Source of the DNA: Candidatus Brocadia sp.
GTDB taxonomy: Bacteria; Planctomycetota; Brocadiia; Brocadiales; Brocadiaceae
Assembly (NCBI GenBank): GCA_021650915.1
Contig: CP091279.1
Location: 2,370,001 to 2,402,000, forward strand
Direction of reading: 5' to 3'
Length of the DNA: 32,000 nucleotides
Below the pieces are notes generated by a model. The model made no database searches. It was given only the letters and a program-made list of their open reading frames with translations, and had not been told where the DNA came from. Shown here in pieces: positions 9,887 to 19,852 of the stretch (its first letter is position 1; the number at the start of each line of letters is the position of its first letter). The translations under genes and the position numbers were made by a program.

Positions 9887-10876
9887 TTACCTTTTTGCGC
9901 CGGCGTATAAAAGAGGGTCCAACTCCACGGCCTTATTATAAAACTTCACGGATTCGTCGTATTTTCCCAGATTATACAAACTATTTGCCTTGTTATGCCA
10001 TGCCCTTGCGTTCTTTGGATTTATTGCGATTGCTTTATCAAACGCCTTTATTGCCTCTTCGTGCATCCCTAGCCTGTTCAGGGTGATCCCCATATTATTC
10101 CACGCCCATGCCCTTTTGGGATCTGCCTGAACCGCCTTGCCAAAGAACTGCAGGGCTTCGTTATACCGTCCGAAGAGAATCAGTACATACCCCTTTCCAT
10201 GCCACGCCAAATCATCTTTTGGATCGATTTCCATAGCCTTATCGAATGCATACATTGCCTCGTTGTACCGGTATAATGCAATCAGGGCAATGCCCTTATT
10301 ATACCAGGCGGAAGCCAAACCTGGTTCAGACGCAAGGACCTTTTCGTACACCTTTAAAGCCTCTTCATTCTTGCCTTGTTTGTAGAGGGCGATCCCCTTA
10401 TTTATCCGCGTGGAGCTGACCCCGGGATTAATCGTCAACGCTTTCTCGTAAGCCTGAACGGCCATGCCATAGTTCCCCTGGCAATAGAGCGCATTCCCCA
10501 GACCGTCCCACGCCTCAAAATAACCGGGATAACGTGCTATGGAATTATTATAAGCCTTGACGGCGCGTTCATACCTGCCGCGCTTATAATGCGCATTTCC
10601 TGCTTTAATCAATTTTCGCGCACTGTGCTTTTTCGATGTGGTTTTATAGATTTTTCCCTGCATGGTGACAGCCATGGCGCGACAACAAGGGAGGGCGAGA
10701 GCGGCGATCAGGAAGAACAACAACCCCTTGCGCCAGTAGTTCCGCACAAAAGTTACGGATAGAAAAGCGCCTGTCGTTAATCTATAATACATATCGTTAA
10801 AATTATCAGATAAGCAACGTCGGGATTCGATAACACAAAAACTCATACTGTAAATTGAAAATCTTATAAAAATCAT
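9887..10876 (-). CDS. TPR-repeat protein with N-terminal signal/anchor
   Basis: At least seven consecutive 34-aa TPR units (AWxxxGxALxxxGxYxEAxxxxxKAxxxxP). Hydrophobic segment LLFFLIAALALPCCRAMA. The true start is probably internal to the listed ORF. Confidence 0.85.
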   Translation of the reverse strand: MIFIRFSIYSMSFCVIESRRCLSDNFNDMYYRLTTGAFLSVTFVRNYWRKGLLFFLIAALALPCCRAMAVTMQGKIYKTTSKKHSARKLIKAGNAHYKRGRYERAVKAYNNSIARYPGYFEAWDGLGNALYCQGNYGMAVQAYEKALTINPGVSSTRINKGIALYKQGKNEEALKVYEKVLASEPGLASAWYNKGIALIALYRYNEAMYAFDKAMEIDPKDDLAWHGKGYVLILFGRYNEALQFFGKAVQADPKRAWAWNNMGITLNRLGMHEEAIKAFDKAIAINPKNARAWHNKANSLYNLGKYDESVKFYNKAVELDPLLYAGAKR

Positions 10877-11102
10877 CAGCCAAAATCAAATAATTAATAA
10901 AACAATCCACCGTCATAGTCAAAACCACGGGTACAGAGAAAAAGAAAAATTTGCCGTGACTTTTTCAAATTGTTTCCTATACAATAGCATCATACCTGAA
11001 GGGAAAATACGGTATCGTATTACCGTATAAAATCTTTTTTTGCAAGTTTTCTCACAACCCTATTTATCCCTTGTCAGAAGGTACTGCTTATTTATAAGAG
11101 AA

Positions 11103-11193
11103 GGATTGCTTCGCTTCACTCGCAATGACAACGTGCAGTGTGCCGTCAAGATGCATGGTCGCTGTCATTGCGAGGGCCTTTTCCGAAGCAATC
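11103..11193. repeat. Composite palindromic (REP-like) element upstream of mqnB
   Basis: GGATTGCTTCG (11103-11113) pairs with CGAAGCAATC (11184-11193). CTCGCAATGACA (11119-11130) pairs with TGTCATTGCGAG (11163-11174). A related ATTGCGAGCGAAAG motif occurs at 20026-20040. Confidence 0.6.
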
Positions 11194-11236
11194 TCCCGCT
11201 TTCACAACGGAGAACTGGTTGCGGCCTTACTGCGCT

Positions 11237-11938
11237 ATGAAATTACTTATTGTTGCAGCAACGTTTCCTGAGATTAAACCGCTCGTATTATCTCTTGGAG
11301 AGGACAAGACAAACGAACCTGGCATAAAGACGATTCACTACCGCCAGGCAAGCATCGATATCCTTATTACCGGGGTAGGGCTGATGCACACGGCTTATTT
11401 TATGGGAAAGGTCTTGGCAAACAACGCCTATAACCTGGCATTACAATTTGGCATTGCAGGCAGTTTCAGAAAAGACCTTGCGCCCGGCGTGACCGTAAAT
11501 GTTGTGGAAGAGGTTGTGGCAGATTTTGGCGCTGAAGATAAAGAAAACTTTCTGGATGCTGCGGAATTGAGCCTGTTACCCCCTGACCAATTCCCCTATC
11601 ATGCCGGTAAATTAATGAACACAATCCCCGATTCAGCGCACGGAGCATCAGGTCTAAAGAAGGCAAAAGGCATTAGCGTCAATAAAGTCCACGGTTACCA
11701 GGACAGCATTGACAGGATTATCAAAAAATATCAGCCTGATATTGAAAGCATGGAAGGAGCGGCATTTTTTTACGCCTGCTTGATGGAACGCATCCCCTGT
11801 CTTCAGATCAGGACCATTTCAAATTACATAGAAGACAGAAATAAAGGACGGTGGAACGTCCCTCTGGCGATTGACAATCTCAATACCATTGCACTGAACA
11901 TTATTCATCACAATTACCTGGCGCTGATGCAATCATAA
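11237..11938 (+). CDS. mqnB: Futalosine hydrolase-like nucleosidase (PNP/UDP phosphorylase family)
   Basis: MKLLIVAATFPEI… with ITGVGLMHTAYF and ESMEGAAFFYACL motifs, typical of the MTA/SAH-nucleosidase fold. It lies next to mqnD. I place the start at the ATG at 11237, not 11138, because the upstream extension reads through the palindromic repeat. Confidence 0.7.
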   Translation: MKLLIVAATFPEIKPLVLSLGEDKTNEPGIKTIHYRQASIDILITGVGLMHTAYFMGKVLANNAYNLALQFGIAGSFRKDLAPGVTVNVVEEVVADFGAEDKENFLDAAELSLLPPDQFPYHAGKLMNTIPDSAHGASGLKKAKGISVNKVHGYQDSIDRIIKKYQPDIESMEGAAFFYACLMERIPCLQIRTISNYIEDRNKGRWNVPLAIDNLNTIALNIIHHNYLALMQS

Positions 11939-12007
11939 AAATTTGTTTAAATACCTTCACGAACAATTACCGGCACACGTGATTTTTATAAAAGAATACG
12001 CTAACGC

Positions 12008-12841
12008 ATGACACTAACTCTCGGTATTTCGCCCTGTCCCAACGACACCTTTATCTTTGACGCCATGGTGCATAAAAAAATTGATACGGAAGGGTTGTCG
12101 TTCGAATTGATAATAAATGATGTGGAAAAGCTCAATCTGCTTGCCCTTCAGCATACCTTAGACATCACAAAGCTCAGCTACTACGCCTATGCGCATGCAA
12201 TCAACAAGTATGTTGTTTTAGACGCAGGAAGCGCCCTGGGTAAGAATTGCGGCCCGCTCTTAATTGCAAAGCCGGAGTATCAAAAACGGGATATCGGCAA
12301 TCTCGTCGTCGCTATCCCGGGAAAATACACCACCGCACACTTTTTATTGAGTATGGCATTTCCCCGGGTAAAGAATAAAGTGGAAATGCCTTTTTCAGAA
12401 ATCGAAAATGCGCTTGTGCATGACAGGGTAAACGCAGGCGTCATTATCCACGAGAACCGGTTTACCTATCAGGACAAGGGACTGGTTAAAATTATGGACC
12501 TGGGGGAATATTGGGAAACACAGACAGGGCTTCCCATCCCTTTGGGCGGAATCGCAATCAAACGAAGCATCTCTGCCAAGATCGCTCAAACCGTAAATCG
12601 GATTGTAAGAAAAAGCGTGGAATATGCCCTTGCCCATCCTGCAGCATCCCGTGAGTTTGTCGGACGCTACGCCCAGGAGATGGATGAAAACATTCGGAAT
12701 CAGCACATCCAGCTCTATGTTAATCATTACAGTGTTGACCTGGGCAACCCTGGAAGGCAAGCCGTCACAGCACTTTTTGCATGGGCGCAAAAAAATAAAT
12801 TACTCACTGATATCCATGAGGATATTTTCCTTCTGCCGTAA
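12008..12841 (+). CDS. mqnD: 1,4-dihydroxy-6-naphthoate synthase (futalosine pathway)
   Basis: The N-terminus (LGISPCPNDTFIFDAMVH…DITKLSYYAY…SGSALGKNCGPLL) matches the MqnD signature of the VitK2-biosynthesis family, not the MqnA variant. Confidence 0.8.
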   Translation: MTLTLGISPCPNDTFIFDAMVHKKIDTEGLSFELIINDVEKLNLLALQHTLDITKLSYYAYAHAINKYVVLDAGSALGKNCGPLLIAKPEYQKRDIGNLVVAIPGKYTTAHFLLSMAFPRVKNKVEMPFSEIENALVHDRVNAGVIIHENRFTYQDKGLVKIMDLGEYWETQTGLPIPLGGIAIKRSISAKIAQTVNRIVRKSVEYALAHPAASREFVGRYAQEMDENIRNQHIQLYVNHYSVDLGNPGRQAVTALFAWAQKNKLLTDIHEDIFLLP

Positions 12842-12880
12842 GAAAAAATGCACTACGGATATTTTGAACAAAGGTAATTC

Positions 12881-14644
12881 ATGATTCAGAAGCTACGGAC
12901 ACTTTACGAAAAAAGCGTTATTTACCGAGTTTTTGTAAAGAAGTATAAACGCTACTTTCTTTTCGGCACCCTATCGCTGATCGCTGTGGATATCATCAAT
13001 ATTTTCCCACCGCTCATTATTAAGAAGACCATTGATATCCTCCCCAACGAGACAGATCTTACCCGGATTGCAACCCTTGCCGGACTCTTTCTCCTGGTGA
13101 GTCTTTGCCAGGGGGTGTGCCGGTATCTGTGGCGGATGTTCTTTATTGGAACATCCTTCCGGTGCGATTATGACCTTCGCCTGGCCTTTTTTGAGCATAT
13201 TGAAACGCTCTCCCAGAAATTCTTCCAAAAATACAAGACGGGCGATCTCATGTCACGTGCAACCAATGATATTGGCGCTGTTCGCATGGCCGTAGGGCCT
13301 GGGCTGCTGATCGGGCTCGATGCCGTATTCTATTTTTTTGTGATACCGCCGATCATTATTTCCCTTTCGCCAAGGCTGTCTTTCTATACATTTCTGCTAA
13401 TGCCGTTGACGCCCTTTATTGCTTACACCATAAAAAATATCATCGACCGGCGGTTTCGCGCCGTGCAGGAGAACTTTTCGCGGATCAGCGAAAAGGTACA
13501 GGAAAACATATCGGGTATCCGCGTGGTAAAGTCATTTAATATGTCCCGGCAGGAAGAAAGCCGATTCCTGGGACTCGGTACAGATTTTGTGAAGAAAAAT
13601 CTGAAACTCGCCATTCCCCAATCCCTCCTGGGGCCTACGTTCGAATATATTACCTATATGGGCATTATTATTTTACTCTTCATTGGCGGAAAGATGGTCA
13701 TCGGGGGGATAATTACCCTCGGCACCCTCGTGGCATTCCAGCGGTATATCGCTATGATGGTCTGGCCAATGACGGCCATTGGGTGGTGTTTATCGCTTCT
13801 GCAGCGCGGCAAAGCCTCTATGAAACGTATTGATGAAGTCCTGGCAGAAAGACCCGAGATCGTTGCGGCCAATATTGATCGAAGGCAAGGTATTTCAGAC
13901 GGCAACATCGAATTCAGAGATGTGCATTTTCGTTACGATTCACAAAAAGAATGGGTCTTACGGGGGATACATCTTACAATCGCGGCAGGACAGCGTGTCG
14001 CTATTGTCGGCCCCATAGGAAGTGGAAAATCCACCCTGGTAAATATGATTCCCCGAATCATTCCGGCAGACAACCGGAGCATCTTTATCGATGGCGTTGA
14101 CATTAATGCCATCGATATAAAGCTGTTGCGGCGACATATTGGTTTTGTGCCGCAGGATACCTTCCTGTTTTCCGAACGGATTACCGACAATATCTTATTC
14201 GGAACTGAAACAGCAGGTGACGATGACGCCTCACGGCAGTTTGCCCGTTTTGCCGGCATTGAAAATGAGATCGAGGAACTTCCTCACAAATTTGAAAGTT
14301 ATCTGGGTGAGCGGGGTATCAATCTGTCGGGGGGGCAAAAACAACGGCTAACCATAGCGCGGGCGCTGGCTGTCAATCCTTCGGTTATTATCCTGGATGA
14401 CTGTCTTTCTGCCGTAGATGCACGGGTAGAAGATACCATCATCAAAAATATCCTGCGTCATTTTTCTGGCAAGACCTTAATCGTTGTCACTCATCGGTTA
14501 CCCGCAATCAGGGGGTTTGACCTGCTGGTAGTCATGAAAGATGGTATGATCGTTGAACGAGGCACCCACAAACAGCTTATTGCGGCACATGGACTGTATA
14601 CCTCCTTATACACGAAAGAGGCGCTGGAAGAAAGGCTTGATTAG
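12881..14644 (+). CDS. ABC exporter, fused permease/ATPase (MsbA/MdlB-like), 587 aa
   Basis: N-terminal six-TM ABC membrane domain. Walker A GPIGSGKST, signature LSGGQKQR, Walker B IILDD. The TAG stop (14642-14644) directly abuts the IS end. Confidence 0.95.
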   Translation: MIQKLRTLYEKSVIYRVFVKKYKRYFLFGTLSLIAVDIINIFPPLIIKKTIDILPNETDLTRIATLAGLFLLVSLCQGVCRYLWRMFFIGTSFRCDYDLRLAFFEHIETLSQKFFQKYKTGDLMSRATNDIGAVRMAVGPGLLIGLDAVFYFFVIPPIIISLSPRLSFYTFLLMPLTPFIAYTIKNIIDRRFRAVQENFSRISEKVQENISGIRVVKSFNMSRQEESRFLGLGTDFVKKNLKLAIPQSLLGPTFEYITYMGIIILLFIGGKMVIGGIITLGTLVAFQRYIAMMVWPMTAIGWCLSLLQRGKASMKRIDEVLAERPEIVAANIDRRQGISDGNIEFRDVHFRYDSQKEWVLRGIHLTIAAGQRVAIVGPIGSGKSTLVNMIPRIIPADNRSIFIDGVDINAIDIKLLRRHIGFVPQDTFLFSERITDNILFGTETAGDDDASRQFARFAGIENEIEELPHKFESYLGERGINLSGGQKQRLTIARALAVNPSVIILDDCLSAVDARVEDTIIKNILRHFSGKTLIVVTHRLPAIRGFDLLVVMKDGMIVERGTHKQLIAAHGLYTSLYTKEALEERLD

Positions 14645-16153
14645 CCCGACTTTCGCAATTCGCGCCCAAAAAAGTTTATTTTTGGGCAAGAGTCGCCTGG
14701 AAAGCCTTGAAATTCAAGGGGTGAATTTTCAAAACGGCTTGTAGTGCCGACCTACCCTCTTGACGCATGCAGGGGGGAAGTGCGAAAATGCTCGCATGTT
14801 TCTCCGGGAAAAGACACGAACGAAAGATGGAAAAACCCACCGTTATTGGGGCGTGGTAGAGAGCCGCCTGGTCAGCGGAAGACGGTGAAGGAGAAGTGGG
14901 GGAAGCTCTTTGGGGCGAAGTACGATGTGCTGCTGTATGATTTGACGAGTACGTATTTTGAGAGTGATCCGCCGTCGGCTGAATCAGGCAGTAAGAAACG
15001 GTTCGGATACAGTCGTGACAAGCGTTCGGATTGCGTGCAGGTGGTAGTTGCATTGGTGTTAACGCCGGAAGGATTTCCCGTGGCCTACGAAGTGTATCCG
15101 GGCAATACCAGAGACACCGCAACGCTGGAGGAATTTCTGGATCGGATCAAAAAGCAGTATGGAAAATTCCGGTGCACCTGGCTTATGGATCGCGGTATTC
15201 CAACGGAGGAGATGTTGGAAAAGATGCGTGAGCGCGGGATTGATTATTTGGTTGGGACTCCGAAGGGACATTTGACGAGAGTAGAAAAACCGCTACTCGA
15301 ACAAACCTGGATGCGGGCGAGGGAGAGCGTCCGCGTGAAAGTTCTTCGGCAGGAATCGGAGTTTTACGTTTACGTGGAAAGCCATGACCGGGTGTCTAAG
15401 GAGCGTGCCATGCGTAGGCGCAGACTCAGACGTTTGTGGATGGGTCTGCGCGAACTTCGCAATCGAAAAGCCCTCACGCGCGATGACCTGCTCATGCATC
15501 TTGGCGCGTTAAAGAAAGAAGCCGGACGAGACTACAGACTGGTCACGATCTCCATTCCCAAACCGCAGGAACCGGTCAATGAGAATACGTTCCGGTTCAG
15601 TTTGGATCGGGAACGTCTGAGGCAGGCGTATCGGCGCGAGGGGCGTTATTTGCTTCGTTCCAACATGCAGGCCACCGCGCCAGAAACCGTCTGGGAAAAT
15701 TATTTGCTGTTGACACGGATAGAACAGGCATTTAAGGACTTGAAGGGGTCTCTTTCCGTCCGCCCCCTATGGCATCAATTGGAACGGAGAATTGAAGCCC
15801 ATATCTTTGTTTCCTTTTTGGCTTTTTGTCTCCACACGACACTGCGCAATCTTGCGCGGGGGAGGGCCGGAGGGCTGACGTCTGAAGCGATTTTGGAAAA
15901 ACTGTCGGGCATTCAAATGATAGACGTTCATTTACCGACCACGGATGGCCGTCATATTGTCATGAGCCGTTATACCCAGCCGGAGAAGGACGTTTTACTC
16001 CTTTTGGCACAATTGGGATTAACGCTTCCTGAACAACCGCCGCCCAAGGTTTACGCATCCGGACAGGTCGGCCTGTAGTGCCGACCTTTTTACATGACCC
16101 CTTGATTTTCCTGGCTTAGCGGGTTGCATACCCCTCGAATTGCGAAAGTCGGG
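14645..16153 (+). mobile_element. IS1634-like insertion sequence, internal-deletion derivative (1509 bp versus 2007 bp)
   Basis: It has the same 18-bp IRs as the full copy: CCCGACTTTCGCAATTCG at 14645-14662 and its complement at 16136-16153. Outside a ~499-bp deletion that removes the N-terminal third of the transposase, it is visibly near-identical to 27197-29203. Flanks are TTAG and ATAG. Confidence 0.85.
14796..16078 (+). pseudogene. Truncated and frameshifted IS1634-family transposase
   Basis: MFLREKTRTKDGKTHRYW starts at 14796 in frame 0 and stops after about 30 codons. The remaining 400 aa (KEKWGKLFGAKYDVLLYDLTSTYFES…) are in frame 2. The listed ORF 14744-16078 reaches that frame only by misreading the N-terminus. 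There is an extra G in the G6 run at 14772-14777. Confidence 0.8.
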
Positions 16154-16389
16154 ATAGTTCTTTTGAAAGGCCGCGTCCGTTTACCTGGAGTTGTCAAAGG
16201 AAGAGCAACAGCAACCGTATTTCCCAACGAGGGGCTTACGACAGCGCCCATTACGAATGTATAACCGTGTAGCGGGCGGGTAAGGTCGTATGAGAGAGGG
16301 GGGAAACAAGTTCAGGCGCAGGATGAAACACTTCTTTTTTCATGATAGTTGGCCGCCAACGGGGCAATAACACGCTTACTTTTCATAAA

Positions 16390-16475
16390 TGCCAGAGAAG
16401 GGAGTCGAACCCTTACCCCCTGTGACGGGGACCAGATTTTGAGTCTGGCGTGTCTGCCAATTCCACCACTCTGGC
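16390..16475 (-). tRNA. tRNA-Leu (anticodon CAA), class II with long variable arm
   Basis: Manual fold: acceptor GCCAGAG/CUCUGGC plus discriminator A. Anticodon stem CCAGA/UCUGG with loop CUCAAAA. Variable arm CCCC…GGGG. T arm AAGGG-UUCGACU-CCCUU. CCA is not encoded. Confidence 0.9.
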
Positions 16476-16526
16476 ATAATCGTAATTTTAGTATAATAAT
16501 TTATTTATAAGAATCAAAGAAAAATA

Positions 16527-17567
16527 TCATGTTTTTGTTATGGGGGGCGGCGGGATGACCGGTTTTAAGGCTGATAAAGCACGCATCTCGGTATCGGCCT
16601 GGATGTTCTTCAAATGATAGTAATCCATTACCCCAAGATTCCCCTCACGAAACGCCTGGGCGATGGCCCTGGGAACTTCAGCCTCGGATGCAAGTATTTT
16701 TGCTCTGTTTTCTTCACTAAGCACCTTCATCTCCTGCTCGCGCGCAAGGGCCATACTGCGTCGTTTCACGGCATCTGCCTGTACCGTGCGTTTGTCTGTT
16801 TCAGCCTGGTCGGCCTGCAGTTTTGCGCTAATATGTTCACCTATCGTAATGCTTACAACATTGACTGAAAGTATCTGGAAGGTAGTATCGTTATCGCATT
16901 TCTTTTCCATGACAAGCTTCGAGAGTAAATCAGGGTTTTCGAGCGCTTTTTTGTACGTTTCAAAGGTGCTGACCGTTGCAAGCATGCCTTCGCCAACGCG
17001 CGCAATGATGGTTTCTTCCGTTGCCCCGCCTACAATTCTTTCAATATCCGTGCGAAGGGTAATACGCACCTTCAGTTTTACCTGGATGCCGTCCTTTGTG
17101 ACACCATCCAGGGTGACACAGCCCTTTGATGGGTCAGGACAATCAATCACCTTTGGGTTAATGCAGGTTTTTATGGCATCAAACACATCGCGGCCGGCAA
17201 GATCAATGGCACAGGCATGATCAAAACTTAGATGAATATTTGCCTTTCGTGCGGCAATAAGGGAACGGATGACATCATTCACCTTTCCACCTGCCAGATG
17301 GTGCGCCTCAAGGGCGGAAGAGGCGATGTCGATCCCTGCCTTCTTTGCCATAATCCGGTAATTCACGAGAGACCGCGCATCGACGTTTCGGAAAGTCATG
17401 CTGACCATCTGCGCAAAGGATACATGGGCATCCGACAGAAGGGCCTTGATATAAAGCCCACCGTATTTATAGAGAATACCTGCGCAGGCTGCAATGAAGA
17501 AAAAGAGCAAAACATACAAAAATATGGACGTACTTATGCACATCGTAAGAAGCGGCATATATTGCAT
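16527..17567 (-). CDS. floA: Flotillin-like protein FloA (SPFH domain, UPF0365/YqfA family)
   Basis: N-terminal TM helix, then YIKALLSDAHVSFAQMVSMTFRNVD… and AIDLAGRDV, GVTKDGIQV, IVGGATEETIIARVGEG, all typical of FloA. AGGAG RBS upstream. Confidence 0.9.
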   Translation of the reverse strand: MQYMPLLTMCISTSIFLYVLLFFFIAACAGILYKYGGLYIKALLSDAHVSFAQMVSMTFRNVDARSLVNYRIMAKKAGIDIASSALEAHHLAGGKVNDVIRSLIAARKANIHLSFDHACAIDLAGRDVFDAIKTCINPKVIDCPDPSKGCVTLDGVTKDGIQVKLKVRITLRTDIERIVGGATEETIIARVGEGMLATVSTFETYKKALENPDLLSKLVMEKKCDNDTTFQILSVNVVSITIGEHISAKLQADQAETDKRTVQADAVKRRSMALAREQEMKVLSEENRAKILASEAEVPRAIAQAFREGNLGVMDYYHLKNIQADTEMRALSALKPVIPPPPITKT

Positions 17568-17705
17568 ATTCTTTCCTCTCCTAAAATTCTCTAATTACAC
17601 CCCATATCCGGAATCACTTCTTTATCAGAAGGGTGTTTTCAGGTTGCAAACTGGCAATGGAAGAGCGATCGTTCCCGAACGGTGATGCCTCATTTGTCTT
17701 GCTAT

Positions 17706-17733
17706 ACTATACCATTGATATTGTCCGTGTCAA
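17706..17733 (-). promoter_or_regulatory. Candidate sigma-70-type promoter for floA
   Basis: On the minus strand: TTGACA (17733-17728), 16 nt, TATAGT (17711-17706). This predicts a leader of about 130 nt before the floA ATG. Confidence 0.35.
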
Positions 17734-17937
17734 TGATTGTTCCACATCTCTGATGCAGAGGAATACGGTCTGGCAGCATTTTTCCCTGCTGGTGCAGAGC
17801 CAAAAGCCTTCCGGCGGCGGCAAAATGTTCTTAACGGGGCATAAAGTAAGGTGAAAACCGAATTGAACGGGAGAAAAAAAGCTATGAGACACTGGTTTCC
17901 GTCTCTGCAATAGTTGGCGGGTATCTGATTTTTTTGA

Positions 17938-18345
17938 TTACTTCAGCCCTTTTGCATGAAAGAATTCTTTATATTTCATATCTTCTTTCAGGATGTGATT
18001 CGTCCACCACGATTTTAAATACATGAATATCTCCGCTGGAACTGTTGCTTTGTGTACCATGGTTTCCACGCAAAAGTCGACGGTTTTTTTCTTGAATTCC
18101 TGGTGTTGTTTTTTTTGCGAGGGATACTCGGGATAATGGTAGTCGAGCATGTATTGCTCTTCCGATTTAAAGTGATCGCTCGCGTACTGGGTCATTTTTG
18201 TCAGGGTATCTGAGATAATTTCCGAATCAACTTTTGCATCGATCATATCAAGGAGGGTATTTACGACGTTTACGATCCGTTTGTGCTGTTCATCTAAGTC
18301 ACGAACGCCGACACTAAAACCTTCATCCCACATAATTTTTTCCAT
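17938..18345 (-). CDS. Bacteriohemerythrin (hemerythrin-like metal-binding protein), 135 aa
   Basis: W-x-F-x-G-x-LD-QHK start plus the spaced His/Glu/Asp ligand motifs (HFKSEE, HQEF, WWTNHILKEDMKY). Confidence 0.9.
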   Translation of the reverse strand: MEKIMWDEGFSVGVRDLDEQHKRIVNVVNTLLDMIDAKVDSEIISDTLTKMTQYASDHFKSEEQYMLDYHYPEYPSQKKQHQEFKKKTVDFCVETMVHKATVPAEIFMYLKSWWTNHILKEDMKYKEFFHAKGLK

Positions 18346-18481
18346 AGCGATTCCGTTTTCTGCAAAGAGATAAAAATGCGGTTATTTTACAGATGTATAT
18401 GCTGCACCATTACTTTTTTGTCCTTTGAAAATGTACAAAATTATACCATGAAACGCGAAAAACTGAAATATTTTGTTTCAA

Positions 18482-19765
18482 TTACCGCCGATGAAAATAA
18501 AACGGCAGTGACAGTGCCATTGCCAGGGCTGTTGCTGCAATTACCTTGAATTCCACGTGGTATGTCAGCCAGCCACAAATCGCCAAGCCGATAACAGGAA
18601 CAGTATGTCCACCAGGTATCCGATAACTCCTCGCCCGCTCTGCCTGGTATCTTCTCAGGACAATCACGGCCAAACAGGCAGGAATATATTGAATAATACT
18701 TACCATAACGCTTACCGCAAGAAGATATTTGAAGCTGCCGGTCAGACTTAATGCCAGCGTTAAAACGGTGTTGAGCAGGATAGCCCAACAGGGGGTATGA
18801 TACCCCCGGTGCACCCGGGAAAATATTCGGGGAAGAAATCCATCGGCAGAAAGCACATAGAGACTTCTGGGACTGGTCAGGGCAATTCCGGCATTGACGC
18901 CTCCCATGGAAAGCAAAGCCCCCGCGCCGATCAGGATGCCGCCGGTCTTTCCCATAAAAGAGTGAGCCGCATCCGCCAAAGGTTTATCGGATGAAGCAAG
19001 GACAGGGAACGTTCCCGTGGCTACGATCTGGATGATGACATATAAACCCGTGGCGAACATGAGCACAAAAAACAGCACGCGCGGAATATCCCTTCGGGGA
19101 TGTTTCATCTCTCCCGCGGGTACTGCAATAGACTCGAATCCGCTGTAGGCGTACAACGCCATAATGATTGCTGCCGGAAAATTTCTCTCATCCGATACGA
19201 ACGGCACCCCGCTGTCCGCCGTTGACACCGGGGAATCATTTCCCTGGATAAAAAACAACCCTGTGCAAATGAAAATAAACAAAGGCAGGAGTTTTCCGGC
19301 GACAAAAAAATGAATGGCTCTCGATCCGGGCTTTATCCCAAAGTAATTGATGGCGCTTAATCCTCCAATGAGGAGTGCGGTAAAGAGGTGCTTCATCCAG
19401 GAACTTCCTGCCGGGAGAAAATATTCTGCGTACAGCGAAAATCCGCTGGCGACTGATGCCCAGCCGATGATGGAGGAAAGCCACATCATCCAGCCCACCA
19501 AAAAACCAGCAAAGGGGCCGAATGCCTCTCTCGCATAGAGATACGCCCCCCCTGTTGCGTGGTACATACCCCCCAACTCGGCAAAACAGAGGGCGATAGC
19601 AAAGCACAGGACTCCGCATGCGGGAAACACCCACACGGCCTCACGTCCGGCAAGGCCGGAGAGATGTCCCGGCAGCAAAAAAATGCCGGCGCCGACCACG
19701 CTGTTGACTCCCAAACAGGCCACATCAAAAAGCCCTAACTCCCTCCTGAGTTGCTTATTTTGCAT
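18482..19765 (-). CDS. APC-superfamily amino acid permease, 427 aa
   Basis: About 12 hydrophobic segments. The N-terminal GLFDVACLGVNSVVGAGIFLLPG motif is typical of amino acid/polyamine transporters. AGGAAG RBS. Confidence 0.9.
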   Translation of the reverse strand: MQNKQLRRELGLFDVACLGVNSVVGAGIFLLPGHLSGLAGREAVWVFPACGVLCFAIALCFAELGGMYHATGGAYLYAREAFGPFAGFLVGWMMWLSSIIGWASVASGFSLYAEYFLPAGSSWMKHLFTALLIGGLSAINYFGIKPGSRAIHFFVAGKLLPLFIFICTGLFFIQGNDSPVSTADSGVPFVSDERNFPAAIIMALYAYSGFESIAVPAGEMKHPRRDIPRVLFFVLMFATGLYVIIQIVATGTFPVLASSDKPLADAAHSFMGKTGGILIGAGALLSMGGVNAGIALTSPRSLYVLSADGFLPRIFSRVHRGYHTPCWAILLNTVLTLALSLTGSFKYLLAVSVMVSIIQYIPACLAVIVLRRYQAERARSYRIPGGHTVPVIGLAICGWLTYHVEFKVIAATALAMALSLPFYFHRR

Positions 19766-19852
19766 ACGGCGCTGCTTCCTAATCGTGCCGGAGAATTTCA
19801 GATTGACGAATGCTTATTATACTATATAATTTGTTCTTTCAGTTTCTATTTT

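Noticed and set aside
11138-11236. The N-terminal extension of the mqnB ORF (MCRQDAWSLSLRGPFPKQ…)
   Set aside because: It is a translation of the palindromic REP-like element. The nucleosidase family N-terminus (MKLLIVAATFPEI) begins at the ATG at 11237.
14641-16157. TTAG and ATAG flanks of IS1634-like copy 1 as a target duplication
   Set aside because: Only 3 of 4 positions match, whereas the full copy has a perfect TTAA. I cannot tell a mutated TSD from no TSD.
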